NCBI RefSeq assembly: GCF_006345805.1
Contig: NC_043012.1
Coordinates: 16,678,001 to 16,742,000 of the forward strand
DNA from: Octopus sinensis
Lineage: Eukaryota
Direction: 5' to 3'
DNA length: 64,000 bases
The notes beneath the pieces are model-generated. The model did no database searches, had not been told where the DNA came from, and saw only the letters and a list, made by a program, of their open reading frames with translations. The position numbers and the translations under genes are program-made. Below are positions 27,516 through 40,577 of the stretch, piece after piece (positions within the stretch are counted from its first letter, which is position 1; each line of letters starts with the position of its first letter).

Positions 27516-28379
27516 GACAAATGTTAACACAAGATATTTTATTTTGTAGAACAGTATTTGAAGAGGTGATAATAGTTCTTGAAGACTGCTTGTCTACAAA
27601 ATAACAAAGAACACTAGATAAATACTTAATTATGTCTCAATTTAGCCATTAACGAAACATCTGCCAAGTTTGAATTCAAAAAACGAAACAAAAAAAAAAC
27701 TCCGAAAAAAACATTAAAGCTAAGAAGTAAAAATGGACATTGGAGAAGCAAATTGGTTGAGAAGTAATTGTCAGGAATGATTACAGAGTTCTATGTTCTT
27801 CATTTGTTGAAACAACAAAGAATTCTGTTATTATTTGTTGAAATAACAAGTAGAGAACAATGAGTCGAAAATAGGTCCATACAGTTTATATCAGTTCGTA
27901 CCAAGAATCAATAGGAAAGGTCATTATAATGCAATGCGGTGTAATCTTTTAAGGCTAATGGTGCCAACAAGAACAAAGATTACAAAAGCAAAATAACAAC
28001 AACAATGGGCAAATCAATGAACCTTCATATCAGTCATAGGCAAAATGTGACCCACAAGACTTTTGAATGGCATGTCTAATGATAAATTACCTTGAATATT
28101 CTTTAGTAGCGGGGCCTGCTTGATGATGAGCCCATGTCCTTTGTTGCCCACTTTTTGATAAAGGTTGTCCTCGCTTGCTCTACATCAGGATTTCTCAACC
28201 ATTTTTCTTTCTATACACACCTTTGATTTCTATTTCATTCTGGTGGATCCCCATAGCCATTTGATGTTTAGAAACTAGTTTTATAGAAACTTCTTTCAAA
28301 ATTCCTATTTTATTGTTCACACATTCCCTTGAGCTGTTTGAAGAATGTAAAATGTTAAAGAAAGAAACCTGGCTGCTTC

Positions 28380-28658
28380 TTGCAATGTGTGTATATATGT
28401 ATGTACATATATATCATCATCATCATCATCATCATTTAACGTCCGCTTTCCATGCTAGCATGGGTTGGACGGGTCAACTGGGGTCTGTGAAGCTGGAAGG
28501 CTTCGTCAGGCCCAGTCAGATCTGGCTGGGCCTGACGAAGCCTTCCAGCTTCACAGACCCCAGTTGACCCGTCCAACCCATGCTAGCATGGAAAGCGGAC
28601 ACTAAATGATGATGATGATGATGATGATATATATATACATACATATATACACACATTG

Positions 28659-28661
<3 letters not shown>
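28380..28661. repeat. Loopless 282-bp palindrome (two 141-bp arms)
   Basis: Centre aga|tct at 28520/28521; the arms are reverse complements with ~4 mismatches. Confidence 0.95.
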
Positions 28662-28733
<72 letters not shown>

Positions 28734-28897
28734 GTATATATGTATGTATGTACATATATAATATATATATGTATGTATGTACATATGTACATCCATATGT
28801 ATGTACAAATATATATATATATGTATGTATTTACATATGTATATCCATATGTGTGTATGTATGTATGTATGTATGTATGTATGTATGTATGTATGTA

Positions 28898-28948
<51 letters not shown>

Positions 28949-29112
28949 ATATATTTATGCATATATGTTTGCAAGTATAATTATATATACATATTTCTCT
29001 TTCTTACATTTAGCGACGTTGGAAACATTTTCATTTTTATAAGCATTAATTCATTTGCATACATTATACATTATACACACACATCATGTATATATATATT
29101 GCTTCCTTGCAG

Positions 29113-29281
29113 TCTGTGGCCATAGTATGGAACAGTCCACTACCACCATGGGGACCTGTATCACACAGTCAATGATGAGCTGTTTCTATCCAGCTTACCA
29201 GACTATGAAACAGCAGTACCATCGTCTCAGACGAACTTCTCACCTGCAATTCAACAAACAAGATTTTGATAATATGTGCCA
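29113..29281 (+). CDS. Exon 2 (module 1, Cys1-3): [56 protein letters not shown]
   Basis: Acceptor ttccttgcAG, donor GTAAGT; 169 nt, phase 1 to 2; homologous to exon 6 (C-x7-C...NMC). Confidence 0.85.
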
Positions 29282-30317
29282 GTAAGTTTTCCATTTATTT
29301 TTCATTTTTTAATCTTTTCAATTAATTCTTGAATTACACACACACAAAAATCAAATGAAATGAAACCAAAAAATTGAAATGATTATATTAATCTTTGAGA
29401 AATGTCAAAAAAATATTTGTTTTAATATCCTGGTTAATAAACAAAATGGTGAACTGGCAGAATTTTTAGCATGCTTAGCGGTATTTCGTCTGTCTTTAGA
29501 TTCTGAGTTCAAATTCCACCAAGGTCGACTTTGCCTTTCATCTTTTCAGGGTCGATAAATTAAGTACTCGTTGTGTACTGGGGTCAATCAAATCGACTGG
29601 CACCCTCCCCCAAAATTTCAGGCTTTGTGCCTAGAGTGGAAAGGAATATTATGGCTAATAAAGAAATGGGTGAGCTGGCAGAATTGTTAGCATGCCAGAT
29701 GAAAAGCTCGGCGGCATTTCATCTGTCTTTATGTTCTGAGTTCAAATTCCACCAGGGTCAACTTTACCTTTCATTCTTTAGGGGTTGATAAAATAAATAC
29801 CAGTTGGGTACTGAGGTCGATGTAATTGACTTACCCACTCACCTCAAAATTTCTGGCCTTGTGCCAAAATTTGGAACCAATATTATGAAGAATAAATGAA
29901 GGCAAGTCTGAGGGGTTAAGAAGTCCACTTTCCAACCATGTGGTTTTGGGTTCAGTCCCACAATTTGGCACATTGGGCAAGTGTCTTCAACTACAACCCT
30001 GAACCAAACAAAGCCTTTTTGAGTGAATTTAGTAGATGGAAACTGAAAAAAGCCCATCATATATTTACCTCTGTGTTTATGTGTGTGTGTGCATTTCTTT
30101 ATCTTGCCATCACATGATAGTTGTAAACAAGCATCGCTGTCATACAGATGGTGTCATCCCTTTCCAGTCTCCCATGAAAACATGTCTGGCCACAGGGAAA
30201 TATTAACTTGCTTAGAAATAGGCGTGGGTTAGTGACAGAAAGAGCATCCAGCCGTAGAAAATATGCTTCGACAAATTCTGTCTACTCATGTTAGTATAGA
30301 AAAAAATGAATGTTAAA

Positions 30318-30349
<32 letters not shown>

Positions 30350-31598
30350 GAAGGTTGCTATCTGTCAGTCATTTGGTCATTGGTTGGAATGTCTTGCTAT
30401 GTAAACATCAAACACATCAAATAATCCTTAGAGTATGAAGAGGACAATTAGCGAGCTTAATGAGAAGATACAGTCAACATCTGTTCGCAACCATGGATGG
30501 TTTGACAAATTTCACCATGAATGGGGTGCCCATCATTGTCAAATCCATGGTGTAAGATAACAACAGCTAAATGATGATGATGATGGTGGTGGTGGTGGTG
30601 GTGGTGGTGGTATTGGTGGTGGTGGTGGTGGCGGCGGTGGTGGCGGCGGATGCGGCGGCGGATGCGGCGGTGGTGGTGGTGGTGGTATTGGTGGTGGTGG
30701 TGGTGGTGGTGGTGGTGGTGGTGTGGTATTGGTGGTGGTGGTGATGTTCATGTTGCATTTGTAAAAGAGAAATATGTGGTGATCCTACATTTCCAATGAA
30801 GAATTTCAATGTCCTGCTCTCTCTGCCATCTTACCTACAATGATAAGTTCTGACTTCATGCCACCCCCAACTCCAACCCTACCATAAGCCCCACACTTCC
30901 CTGAAAGATAACAACATGTGATAAATAATTCCGAAACTGTTCAAAGATTCTAACATAACTTATCTTGAGAAATATCCAAATATCTAAAACCTCATCATCA
31001 TTTTATGTCCACTTTTCCTTGTTTGCATGAGTTGGACAGAATTTGTTGTGGCTGATTTTGTATGGCTGGATGCTCTTCCTGTGGCCAACCATCACCTATT
31101 TCCCAGCAAGGTAATATTTTCCCATGGCCAAAGATATTTTTCACAGAAGACTTGAAAGGAACAACACTGCTTGTATGACAGTGATGCTTGTTTACAAGCA
31201 GCACATGATGTCAAGACAAGGAGACACACAAATACACACACACACACACACGTGCACACACACACACACACATGCATACATACATACTGGTGATTTGCTG
31301 TGCTTGAGAAGATACATCAAGCTAAGTGAAATCGTGGGCGTGACCAGTGACGGTGACACATAAAAGGCACCTGTGCCAGTAATATGCAAAAGGCACTCAG
31401 GCTGGTGACATGTAAAGTATACCCAGTGCACTCTGTACAGTGGTTGGAGTAGGGAAGGGTATCTAGCTGGAGAAACCAAGCCAAAACAGAGCAGAGTCTG
31501 GTGCAACTCTCCGGTTTACCAGCTCCAGTCAAACAGTCTTACCTATGCCAACATAGTTTGAATAATTAGACCATTTTTTCCGGAATGTTGAATACAAC

Positions 31599-32687
31599 AT
31601 GGACAAAAAGCAAATTTGCACAATTTTCTTATTCTAGTTCAAGCTAGGCCGAAAAGCTGCTGAAACAGCTCATGATATCAACGATGCGTTTGGCCCAGGA
31701 ACCACTAATGAATGTACAGCTCGATGGTGATTCAAGAAATTTCATAGCAGTGACGAAAGTCTTGAAGATGATAAGCATAGTGGTCGGCCATCAGATGTTG
31801 GCAACAATCAACTAAGAGCCTTAGTCGAAGTCAATCCATGCACAACTGTTATAGAGCTTGCTTCTGAATTAGGCGTAATGTATACAACAATTTCCAACCA
31901 CTTGAAAGAGATTGAAAAAACAAAAATACTTGAAAAATGGATGCTGCACGAATTGAACAACAGCCAAAACAAAAACCCTGTTTTGAAGCATTGTCTTCCC
32001 TACTTTTACACAACAAGAATGACCCATTTCTCAACTGGATTGTGACTTGCGATGAAAAGTGGATTCTTTACGACAACTGGCGATGCTCAGCTCAGTGGTT
32101 GGACGAAGCTCCACGGCACTTCTCGAAGCCAAAGTTGCACCAAAAGAAGGCCATGGTGACTGCTTGGTGGCTTGCGGCTGGTCTCATCCATCACAGCTTT
32201 TTGGATCCAGGCAAAACCATTACGGTGGAGAAGTACTGTCAGTAAATGGATGAAATGCATAAGAAACTCTGACAATAGCCAGCATCGGTCAATAGAAAAG
32301 GACCAATTCTTTTCCACAACACTCAGCCCCATGTTGCACAACTGATACTGCAGAAGTTGAACGAATTGGGCTACGAAACTCTGCCTCATCCGCCACACTC
32401 ATCAAACCTCTCGCCTACCAACTACCACTTTTTCAAGCATCTCAACAACTTCCTGCGTCAGAAATGCTTCAAAATCCAAGACGATGCCAAACACACCTTC
32501 AATGATTTCATCGCCTCCAGAACGCAGGATTTTTACGCTACTGGCATAAATAAACTTGTTTCGCATTGGCAAAATTGTGTTGATTCTGATGGTGTTTATT
32601 TTGATTAATAAAGTTTTGTTTGAGCTGAGATATGTGCATCTGAATTTAAAGGTTAAAAAATGCAAGAACTTTCTTGACAACCTAATA
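31599..32687 (+). mobile_element. Decayed mariner (DD34D) transposon: transposase pseudogene 31599-32608 plus right TIR
   Basis: [50 protein letters not shown] and C..DG.YFD; stops and frameshifts; TIR-like end ttcttgacaacctaaTA. Confidence 0.92.
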
Positions 32688-32750
32688 ATTTCAAAATTAA
32701 AACTACCATTCTAAGCATTGAAAGAATATTTTTGCAATGTTTTAATGTAG

Positions 32751-32878
32751 GGTCTTGCAGACTGATATTGTATATTGCATGGACAGAATTGAAGGTTCTT
32801 GTGGTCAGACAACTAGACAGAGTGCTTTGAAACAACTGAACACAAGCTTTCATTACTTCTGCTACAACGGATGGAAAG
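32751..32878 (+). CDS. Exon 3 (module 1, Cys4-6): VLQTDIVYCMDRIEGSCGQTTRQSALKQLNTSFHYFCYNGWK
   Basis: Acceptor tttaatgtAG, donor G|GTATTT; 128 nt, phase 2 to 1, the same length as homologous exon 7; it bridges the phases of exons 2 and 4. Confidence 0.85.
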
Positions 32879-32976
32879 GTATTTATGCTAATGGGCAAGA
32901 TCTCAAGACTTGCTCTTTTCAGTCTTATCTAACTAATCCATACTTGCTGTCTAATACCGTTGATGATATGTGCATC

Positions 32977-33097
<121 letters not shown>

Positions 33098-33650
33098 ACA
33101 TGCATATGATCTGACATTCTCTAAAGAGGTGAGTGTTGGTCTGCATTAGCAAGACTGATATTATAAAGTAAAAATGATACAAAGCGTCCAATGAACCTGC
33201 AGTGAGGAATGGAAAATCCAACGTTTCAGACAGAGTCCTTCTTCAGAGAAAATTTGAAAGGCGAAAAATTAATGAAAGGCAGCAAAGTCTTATTTTACGC
33301 TGCTGTGTCCCATTAATTCCTCTCCTTTCAACTTTTATTTGAAGAATTCTATCCAAAACTTTGGATTTTCCATTCGCTGTAATCTTTATATGCACATATG
33401 TATATATATTTGAAAAAGGTAGTTCTAATCAATTTGATTTTCTAATAATATAATATAAATTTTTCAGTTCTAGATCTACAAGCCAAACTGTCAAATTATA
33501 TTATTAGAAAATTAAATTGATTAGGACTACCAGTGAAGTCATTCTTTTCCTTCTTCAAATATACCTAACTGTAAATTCTCACCATATATACATACATACG
33601 TACATACATGCATACATACATACATACATATATACATATATACATACATA

Positions 33651-33873
33651 TGTAGCGGTAGCTGATATCCTCACTGTTTGAGAGACACAACAGGAGCCGT
33701 GATTAGTTGGCTTTGGACAGTGGCACGAAATAAAGTAGAGACAAACCGCGCCACATGTCAACCAATCAGATCAGTGGACACAACAGGAACAACCCAGCCA
33801 AAGATGGCTGTAATCTCATTGAGATCATTCCTGCTGTGTCTCTCAAACAGTGAGGATATCAGCTACCGCTACA
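33651..33873. mobile_element. MITE with TGT...ACA ends and ~45-bp TIRs (Ginger-like?) inside a (TACA)n microsatellite
   Basis: tgtagcggtagctgatatcctcactgtttgagagacac and its exact reverse complement ending at 33873; cata flanks both sides (possible 4-bp TSD, ambiguous inside a microsatellite). Confidence 0.75.
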
Positions 33874-34623
33874 CATACATACATACATACATACATACAT
33901 ACATACATACATACATACATACATACATACATACCTACATACATACATACGTACATGCATGCATACATGCATGCATACATACATACATACATACATACAT
34001 GAATGCATGCATGCATGCATACATACATACATACATACATACATTCATACATACATACATACATACATACATACATACATACATACATACATACATACAT
34101 ACATGCATGCATGCATACATACATACATGCATACATACATACATACATACATACATACATACATACATACATGCATGCATGCATGCATACATACATACAT
34201 ACATACATACATTCATACATGCATACATACATGCATGCATACATACATACATACATGCATGCATACATACATACATGCATGCATGCATGCATACATACAT
34301 ACATACATACATACATACATACATACATACATACATGCATGCATGCATTTGTCTGTGTCAACTACATCCTAAAGATTTATAATAATCAGAAAAAATAGAA
34401 GAGACTTTCATACAGACACACACATACCATACGTACTTATGTATAAGTCACACTATCACTATTTTATACTTCATTTTAACCAAAGAAGCTGGGATGCAAC
34501 TTATATACAGAGCAGAGCAAAAACTGTGAAGGGAAAAAATTCAGGTTCCAAGATCCACCACTAAATTAGGGATGTGACTAATACATGAATAAATACAGTT
34601 ATGTTTATCTATCTATCTATCTC

Positions 34624-34703
<80 letters not shown>

Positions 34704-35345
34704 CTTATTTATGTATGTTTATGAAATCTAAGTATCTTCCATAGCTTTCTGACAAGATGTGATTGTCTTAGTAATTTTATATTTTGAGAAAGAATGAGTA
34801 GGAAATACCGACAATATGAGACTTTATAAGAGAAGTTGTAACAATGTAAAGAATTTTTCTCAGTCAGTTTCTCTCTCTCTCTCTTTCCTTCTCTCTTTCT
34901 TCCTCTCCCTCTCTCTCACATCCTCTTCCCCACCTTTCTCTCTCTCTTGTTCTTTCTTCCATAAAGCAAATGACATTTTAACCAATTGACATTTTGAGCC
35001 CAAAGGTCTCAGATACAAAGATGTAACTTCAGGCCAGAAAACAAAATGAATTTAAACAACAGACAACATAGCCAAGAATTTTCTTTTTTGCCAATTCAAC
35101 TGCTGCAGAGGAATGATTCTGGAAACCTTCAAGCGCAATAGGGAAGCTAACTCAATCAAGGTGTTATGATTTAATTTCTGTCAACACTGACTTCAATTAT
35201 GTAATTTCAGCCAATAACATGAGCTCCTTTTATTGAGCCTGGTCACAGTTCATTTATTTGCGTTCAGCATCTGGTTGTCATCTTAGAGGTGCCCTGTGTC
35301 AAAAAATATTTGTAGCAGACATTCTCTTGACATCGTTCACATGCA

Positions 35346-35947
35346 CCTGACTCAGGCTCAGAAGTTACAGCCTGACTCAGGCTCAGAAGTTACAGCCTGA
35401 CTCAGGCTCAGAAGTTACAGCCTGACTCGGGCCCAGAAGTTACAGCCTGACTCAGGCTCAGAAGTTACAGCCTGACTCAGGCTCAGAAGTTACAGCCTGA
35501 CTCAGGCTCAGAAGTTACAGCCTGACTCAGGCTCAGAAGTTACAGCCTGACTCAGGCTCAGAAGTTACAGCCTGACTCAGGCTCAGAAGTTACAGCCTGA
35601 CTCAGGTCAGAAGTTACAGCCTGACTCAGGCCAGAAGTTACAGCTGACTCAGGCTCAGAAGTTACAGCCTGACTCAGGCTCAGAAGTTACAGCCTGACTC
35701 GGGCCCAGAAGTTACAGCCTGACTCAGGCTCAGAAGTTACAGCCTGACTCAGGCTCAGAAGTTACAGCCTGACTCAGGCTCAGAAGTTACAGCCTGACTC
35801 AGGCTCAGAAGTTACAGCCTGACTCAGGCTCAGAAGTTACAGCCTGACTCAGGCTCAGAAGTTACAGCCTGACTCAGGCTCAGAAGTTACAGCCTGACTC
35901 AGGCTCAGAAGTTACAGCCTGACTCGGGCCCAGAAGTTACAGCCTGA
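35346..35947. repeat. 25-bp minisatellite, 24 units (cctgactcaggctcagaagttacag)
   Basis: Direct count; three variant units (cctgactcgggcccagaag) start at 35421, 35693 and 35918. Confidence 0.97.
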
Positions 35948-36399
35948 GTTGTTATCTATAATCGTAAAAATTAAAAGTAATTCAAATTCAATTTTTTCTT
36001 GAAACAATAAATTTCTATAGAGATTAGGATTTAAATTCCAATATATGAACAGTTTCCGTTCTACAATATTCTTAAAGGAATGAAAAATTATCCAGCAACT
36101 CGGGCTAATACGAACGAGCCTGGTAGGTGTAAAAGACTAACTGGCATCTATTGTCAACAGTACAGGCGATAGTCTGATGCTTGTTGTGCACTCTGATGTC
36201 GTTATTTGATTGCTGTTGTTCTGTGTGTCTGTGTGCAAAGATCAGTTGTGTTTTGCAGGATTGCTTTATTTTAACCCTTAACTAAGAAATAGAGAAAGAC
36301 ATAGTGCTAGATATAAAACAAATAAGCTATTTGAGGTTAGAAATATTTCAGAAAAATGTGAAATTCTTCGAGCAGGCATGTGTCTTATGAGAAATCTGT

Positions 36400-36440
36400 A
36401 ATGAACTCGAGTGACGCTGATGACCAGGAGTCGCCTCCAA

Positions 36441-36481
<41 letters not shown>

Positions 36482-36720
36482 GGTGGTCATCGACTCCTTA
36501 TGCAGAGTCTGACTACCTCTTGTACTTACATCATGGGGTCTGATGTGGCTTTTTAAACCAGACAACGTATTGAAAAGACACCCACATAGATTGCATATCT
36601 GCTTTGGACCATAAAGAGCTGCAGTTTAGTTCTGATCTTTGTGAATCTTAAAATGTCTTTAGAAACCTTCAATTAGATTTTCAGATCTTATGGCATAAGC
36701 AGCATTGAAAGGCAAGTGCA
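36400..36720 (-). mobile_element. RTE-like LINE 3' fragment with a C-terminal C2H2 finger
   Basis: The reverse strand reads ICNLCGCLFNTLSGLKSHIRPH, as in RTE/BovB-type ORF ends; contains stops. Confidence 0.55.
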
Positions 36721-36826
36721 GATATATAGGCAGAGTAGTTGGTGGAGGTACATTTTCCATATATATATATATATATATATATACATAAATATATGCACAC
36801 ACATATATACAAAAACATTTAACATT

Positions 36827-36858
<32 letters not shown>

Positions 36859-37529
36859 CACACAAATTCTATGTGCTTTTATAGTAGTTTACTGTTATGT
36901 TTTTAATTCCCGTAGTTTTCTCATCTTTAACAATTATGCATGTGTCAGTTGCAAGATCTGTATTCAGGTAAGAATATGACTCTTATTGATTGGTGTGGAA
37001 TTCTCTGTGACAAACCAAAAAACCAAAAAAACATCAAAGTGTAAATTAACAACAAGAAAATATAAAATGGTGTTTAATGATCCAATCCATTAATCAATCC
37101 ATCATTCCATCAACAGTATTGATTAATAAATGAATATAATAATATTGAATCATGATTTTTTTTTTTTGATAACCATGCTTATATATTTTTTTACAACTAT
37201 TGTCTTCAACACCTGTTTCCTTCCTGATACTTTGGAGTTTTTGTGTGTGGTGCACACATCCACATGTTGTTGACTTGCCAAATTCCCCTTCTCACAGTAC
37301 CGAGTCAACAACTTGTGGATGTGTACAAAACAGACTCATTGCAACATATCAAGTGATAGAAACCAAAAGAGAGGAAACAAAGAATTTTCCTCACCCAACA
37401 AAAAAAAAAAAGAAAATCGTACAGGTACAGATTCTGAGAAAGAATTCATTTGCTAAACTTAATTTTGATTATTGTTTGCATAATTAAATAAATAAAAATC
37501 TTGTATATCAGTATTTATTGTATAATAAA

Positions 37530-37889
37530 GCTGGCAGAATTGTTAGCAAGCTGACAGAATTGTCAGCATGCTGGCAGACTTGTTAGCAAGCTGACAGAAT
37601 TGTTAGCAAGCTGACAGAATTGTCAGCATGCTGGCAGAATTGTTAGCAAGCTGGCAGAATTGTTAGCAAGCTGGCAGAATTGTTAGCAAGCTGACAGAAT
37701 TGTTAGAAAGCTGGCAGAATTGTTAGCAAGCTTACAGAATTGTTAGCAAGCTGATAGAATTGTTAGAAAGCTGGCAGAATTGTTAGAAAGCTGGCAGAAT
37801 TGTTAGCAAGCTGGCAGAATTGTTAGAAAGCTGGCAGAATTGTTAGCAAGCTGGCAGAATTGTTAGAAAGCTGGCAGAATTGTTAGCAT
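37530..37889 (+). repeat. 20-bp minisatellite, ~18 units (gctggcagaattgttagcaa), derived from the SINE-B head
   Basis: The unit matches the SINE head gagctggcagaattgttagcatg at ~29672, and the array runs directly into the rest of a SINE-B copy. Confidence 0.92.
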
Positions 37890-38732
37890 GTCAGACAAAA
37901 TGCTTGGTGGCATTTCTTCTGGTGCTTTACATTCTGGGTTCAAACCCTGCCAACACCAACTTTGCCTTTCATCTCTTTTGGATTGATAAAATAAAGTACC
38001 AGTGAAGTACTGGCGTCAACGTATTTAACTTGTCTCCTCCCCTCAAGATAGCCAACCTTGGACCCAGCAACAGACCAGCATTTTGTTGAGTAGTAATATG
38101 ATCTTGACCACTTCTATGCCATCAAGCTTGGATAACTGGCCTTGTGAATCCTGCGGCTCAAGAAAAATTCTTTTTAAAAATATATCTTATATTATCAATT
38201 TTTTAAAAATTATTTCTCCCTTAGCACTTTGTTTTGTTTTATATATATTTACTTTTATTATATTATCATTTCACCATAAACCCAAATATTTTGTTTCCAA
38301 TACAGTTTATTTCATATAATGTTTTTAACTCAACATTGACCGCATCAATCTCAAGAGACTGGGAAATCATGCAAAGGCCATGGGTATTCCCCTATTTCTT
38401 TGATTAATTTATCAAAATAAAATTTATGTTACATGAATGTATATCCTGTATTACCTTCAACTCTATTTGTTAAAATGTTCTCACATCATATTTTTATGCA
38501 TATTTTATAAATCCCATGTAATTTTAATCTATATATTTTTATATATTTTTCCTCTCATAAGAATATTTGCCAATATTATTATATTGCTGTATTTAGCATT
38601 GACTTGTCTCTCTTTATGCATGTATACACACACACACACACATACACACACACACACATGCACACACACACATGCACACACACACACATGCACACACACA
38701 CACATGCACACACACACACATGCACACACACA

Positions 38733-39900
38733 TTCAGGTTGGGGGGAGCAAAATTTGGAAAAGCCAAATGGAATTTGGAAATGGTTTATTGTCCATGGAA
38801 GAGACAATGTATAGCAAAATTATTTATACATAAGTTATTAACTGCCAATAATAGAGATTCTACTCAATGTGTCCACCTTTATTTTCTATCACCATTTGGA
38901 TACGGAGTCTGAATGTGCCACAGGTCTTTATTATAAAATGTGCAGATAATTTGGCCCATTCTTCCTTCAAAACCTGCTTGAGATGTCCAGTTCTAGGATA
39001 AGAAGTTCTGTTGGTACACTGCTCTAAAGTGCTCCAAATTGAATAGTTCAGCAGATTCAAATCTGGGCTGGAGGAGGGCCAAAATTCAAAGGGCCAAAAA
39101 TCAGCAAAATTATTCTTGCAAAATGTTTGCACTTTTTTCACTGTATGAGCAAGTGCCCCATCCTGATTCCACATATAATTACCTTCAGGGTAATTAGCCT
39201 TAAGCCAAAGCTTAAGACACCCTTGACTTGAGATGGTGATTCAGCAATATACAAATCATTTCATCTGTTCACAACAGCATCCACAGTGAAGATTTTCTTA
39301 TCAGAAAATATTTTTAACAGTGAATCCAGATCTCTTGAGAAAGGACCACACACTTCTTTGCCCTTTCAAGCCTCCTGGCCTTCATTGAATTGATTAGGAG
39401 GCGACACAGAGGATTTCAGGCCTAAATCACAGTGAACAGAATTTCTTATAGTCTTGGCACCAACTTCCATGTCAACTGCCAGTTTCCTCGTGGATGTGGT
39501 TGGATCCTTCAAAATGTTAGACTTGAGGGCCTTCAGGAATGCTGGATTTCACTTTTTATTGGTTCCTCCAATGCCTTGCTTCCTCTGAATGCTTTTGATG
39601 TTATCCAAATTATTCTTGATGTTGTAAACTGCGCTTAATGAGACATTAACACATTAACCAACTCAGAAATTTGCTTGATATCAATTCCTGAGCTGAGTAA
39701 ATGAGCAAAGTATTGTCTCATTGCTACTTTAGCTGATATAGTTGGACTTGTACATGAAAAAGCAAATTAAATTGTTACTATGAGACCTAATACTGAAAAT
39801 AAGATTAAAAAAAACAGTTGTTATAATACACCAATGCTACATTAAAAAAAAATGAGGTTTACAAAAAATTCCTGTCAAAAGTTTTGCTTGCCCGTCCTAT
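38733..39900 (-). mobile_element. Decayed Tc1/mariner-superfamily transposon (maT/DD37D-like)
   Basis: ORF 38860-39174: WNQDGALAHT..FWPSSSPDLNLLNYSIW..VIENKGGHIE; degenerate terminal inverted similarity. Confidence 0.85.
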
Positions 39901-40171
39901 ATATGTTGTCACTACCACCACTTCATACAGAAGATGAGATCAAGAGGGTCTAGAAAAATTTAATGGACATAAGAATGTTCATCGAAAAAGCATTAACAAA
40001 AATAATTAAACTCTAACAGTCACGTTTTCAATGTAACAAGCTCCAAAGCAAAGCTGTTTCCTAGTCAAAGCCATATTGATACACACACACATTTGTGTGT
40101 GTGTGTGTGCATGCGCATTACTTATCCATTCTGTTTTTTCTTTCCCGTCTACCTATTTCATTTCCTCCTAA

Positions 40172-40395
40172 CCCTTTTGTTACCATATTTCTATGGCAAA
40201 ACCCTGCCTTTGTTTCAATTAATTTTGAAAATAAAATAAGAATTTAAAAAAAGCAACATTGCCATTTTTAAATTGATATTTGGAACATAAATTAACTTGA
40301 AATTTTGATGAAATGTTTAAATTTATATCACTTTAACGCATGAAATTTGCATGATAAAACCAAGGAAATTCTCAGGCAGGTTGGTCACGAAAGGG
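40172..40395. mobile_element. piggyBac-like MITE
   Basis: Ends (c)taa-CCCTTTTGTTACC ... GGTCACGAAAGGG-ttaa; a related fragment lies near 53516. Confidence 0.6.
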
Positions 40396-40577
40396 TTAAA
40401 CCTGATTCAGTTCCTCATTTTCAGTTTTGTTATTCAGTCCTGTGTTTTCTTATCTCTTTTTCTATATTGTCTGGTTTGTTTTCTTCCTTTTTTTTTTTGC
40501 TGTGTTTGTTCTGTTTCTTTTCTTTTTCTTTTTCTTTTTTTTTCTTTTATATTCTACTCTCCTCACCAAACTTGTAG

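Noticed and set aside
35346-35947. Possible CRISPR array (palindromic 25-bp repeats)
   Set aside because: No unique spacers and no cas genes; eukaryotic context. It is a head-to-tail minisatellite.
40427-40577. Hydrophobic Phe-rich N-terminus of the 387-aa ORF as a signal or transmembrane segment
   Set aside because: It is the intron's polypyrimidine tract; the real exon starts at 40578.
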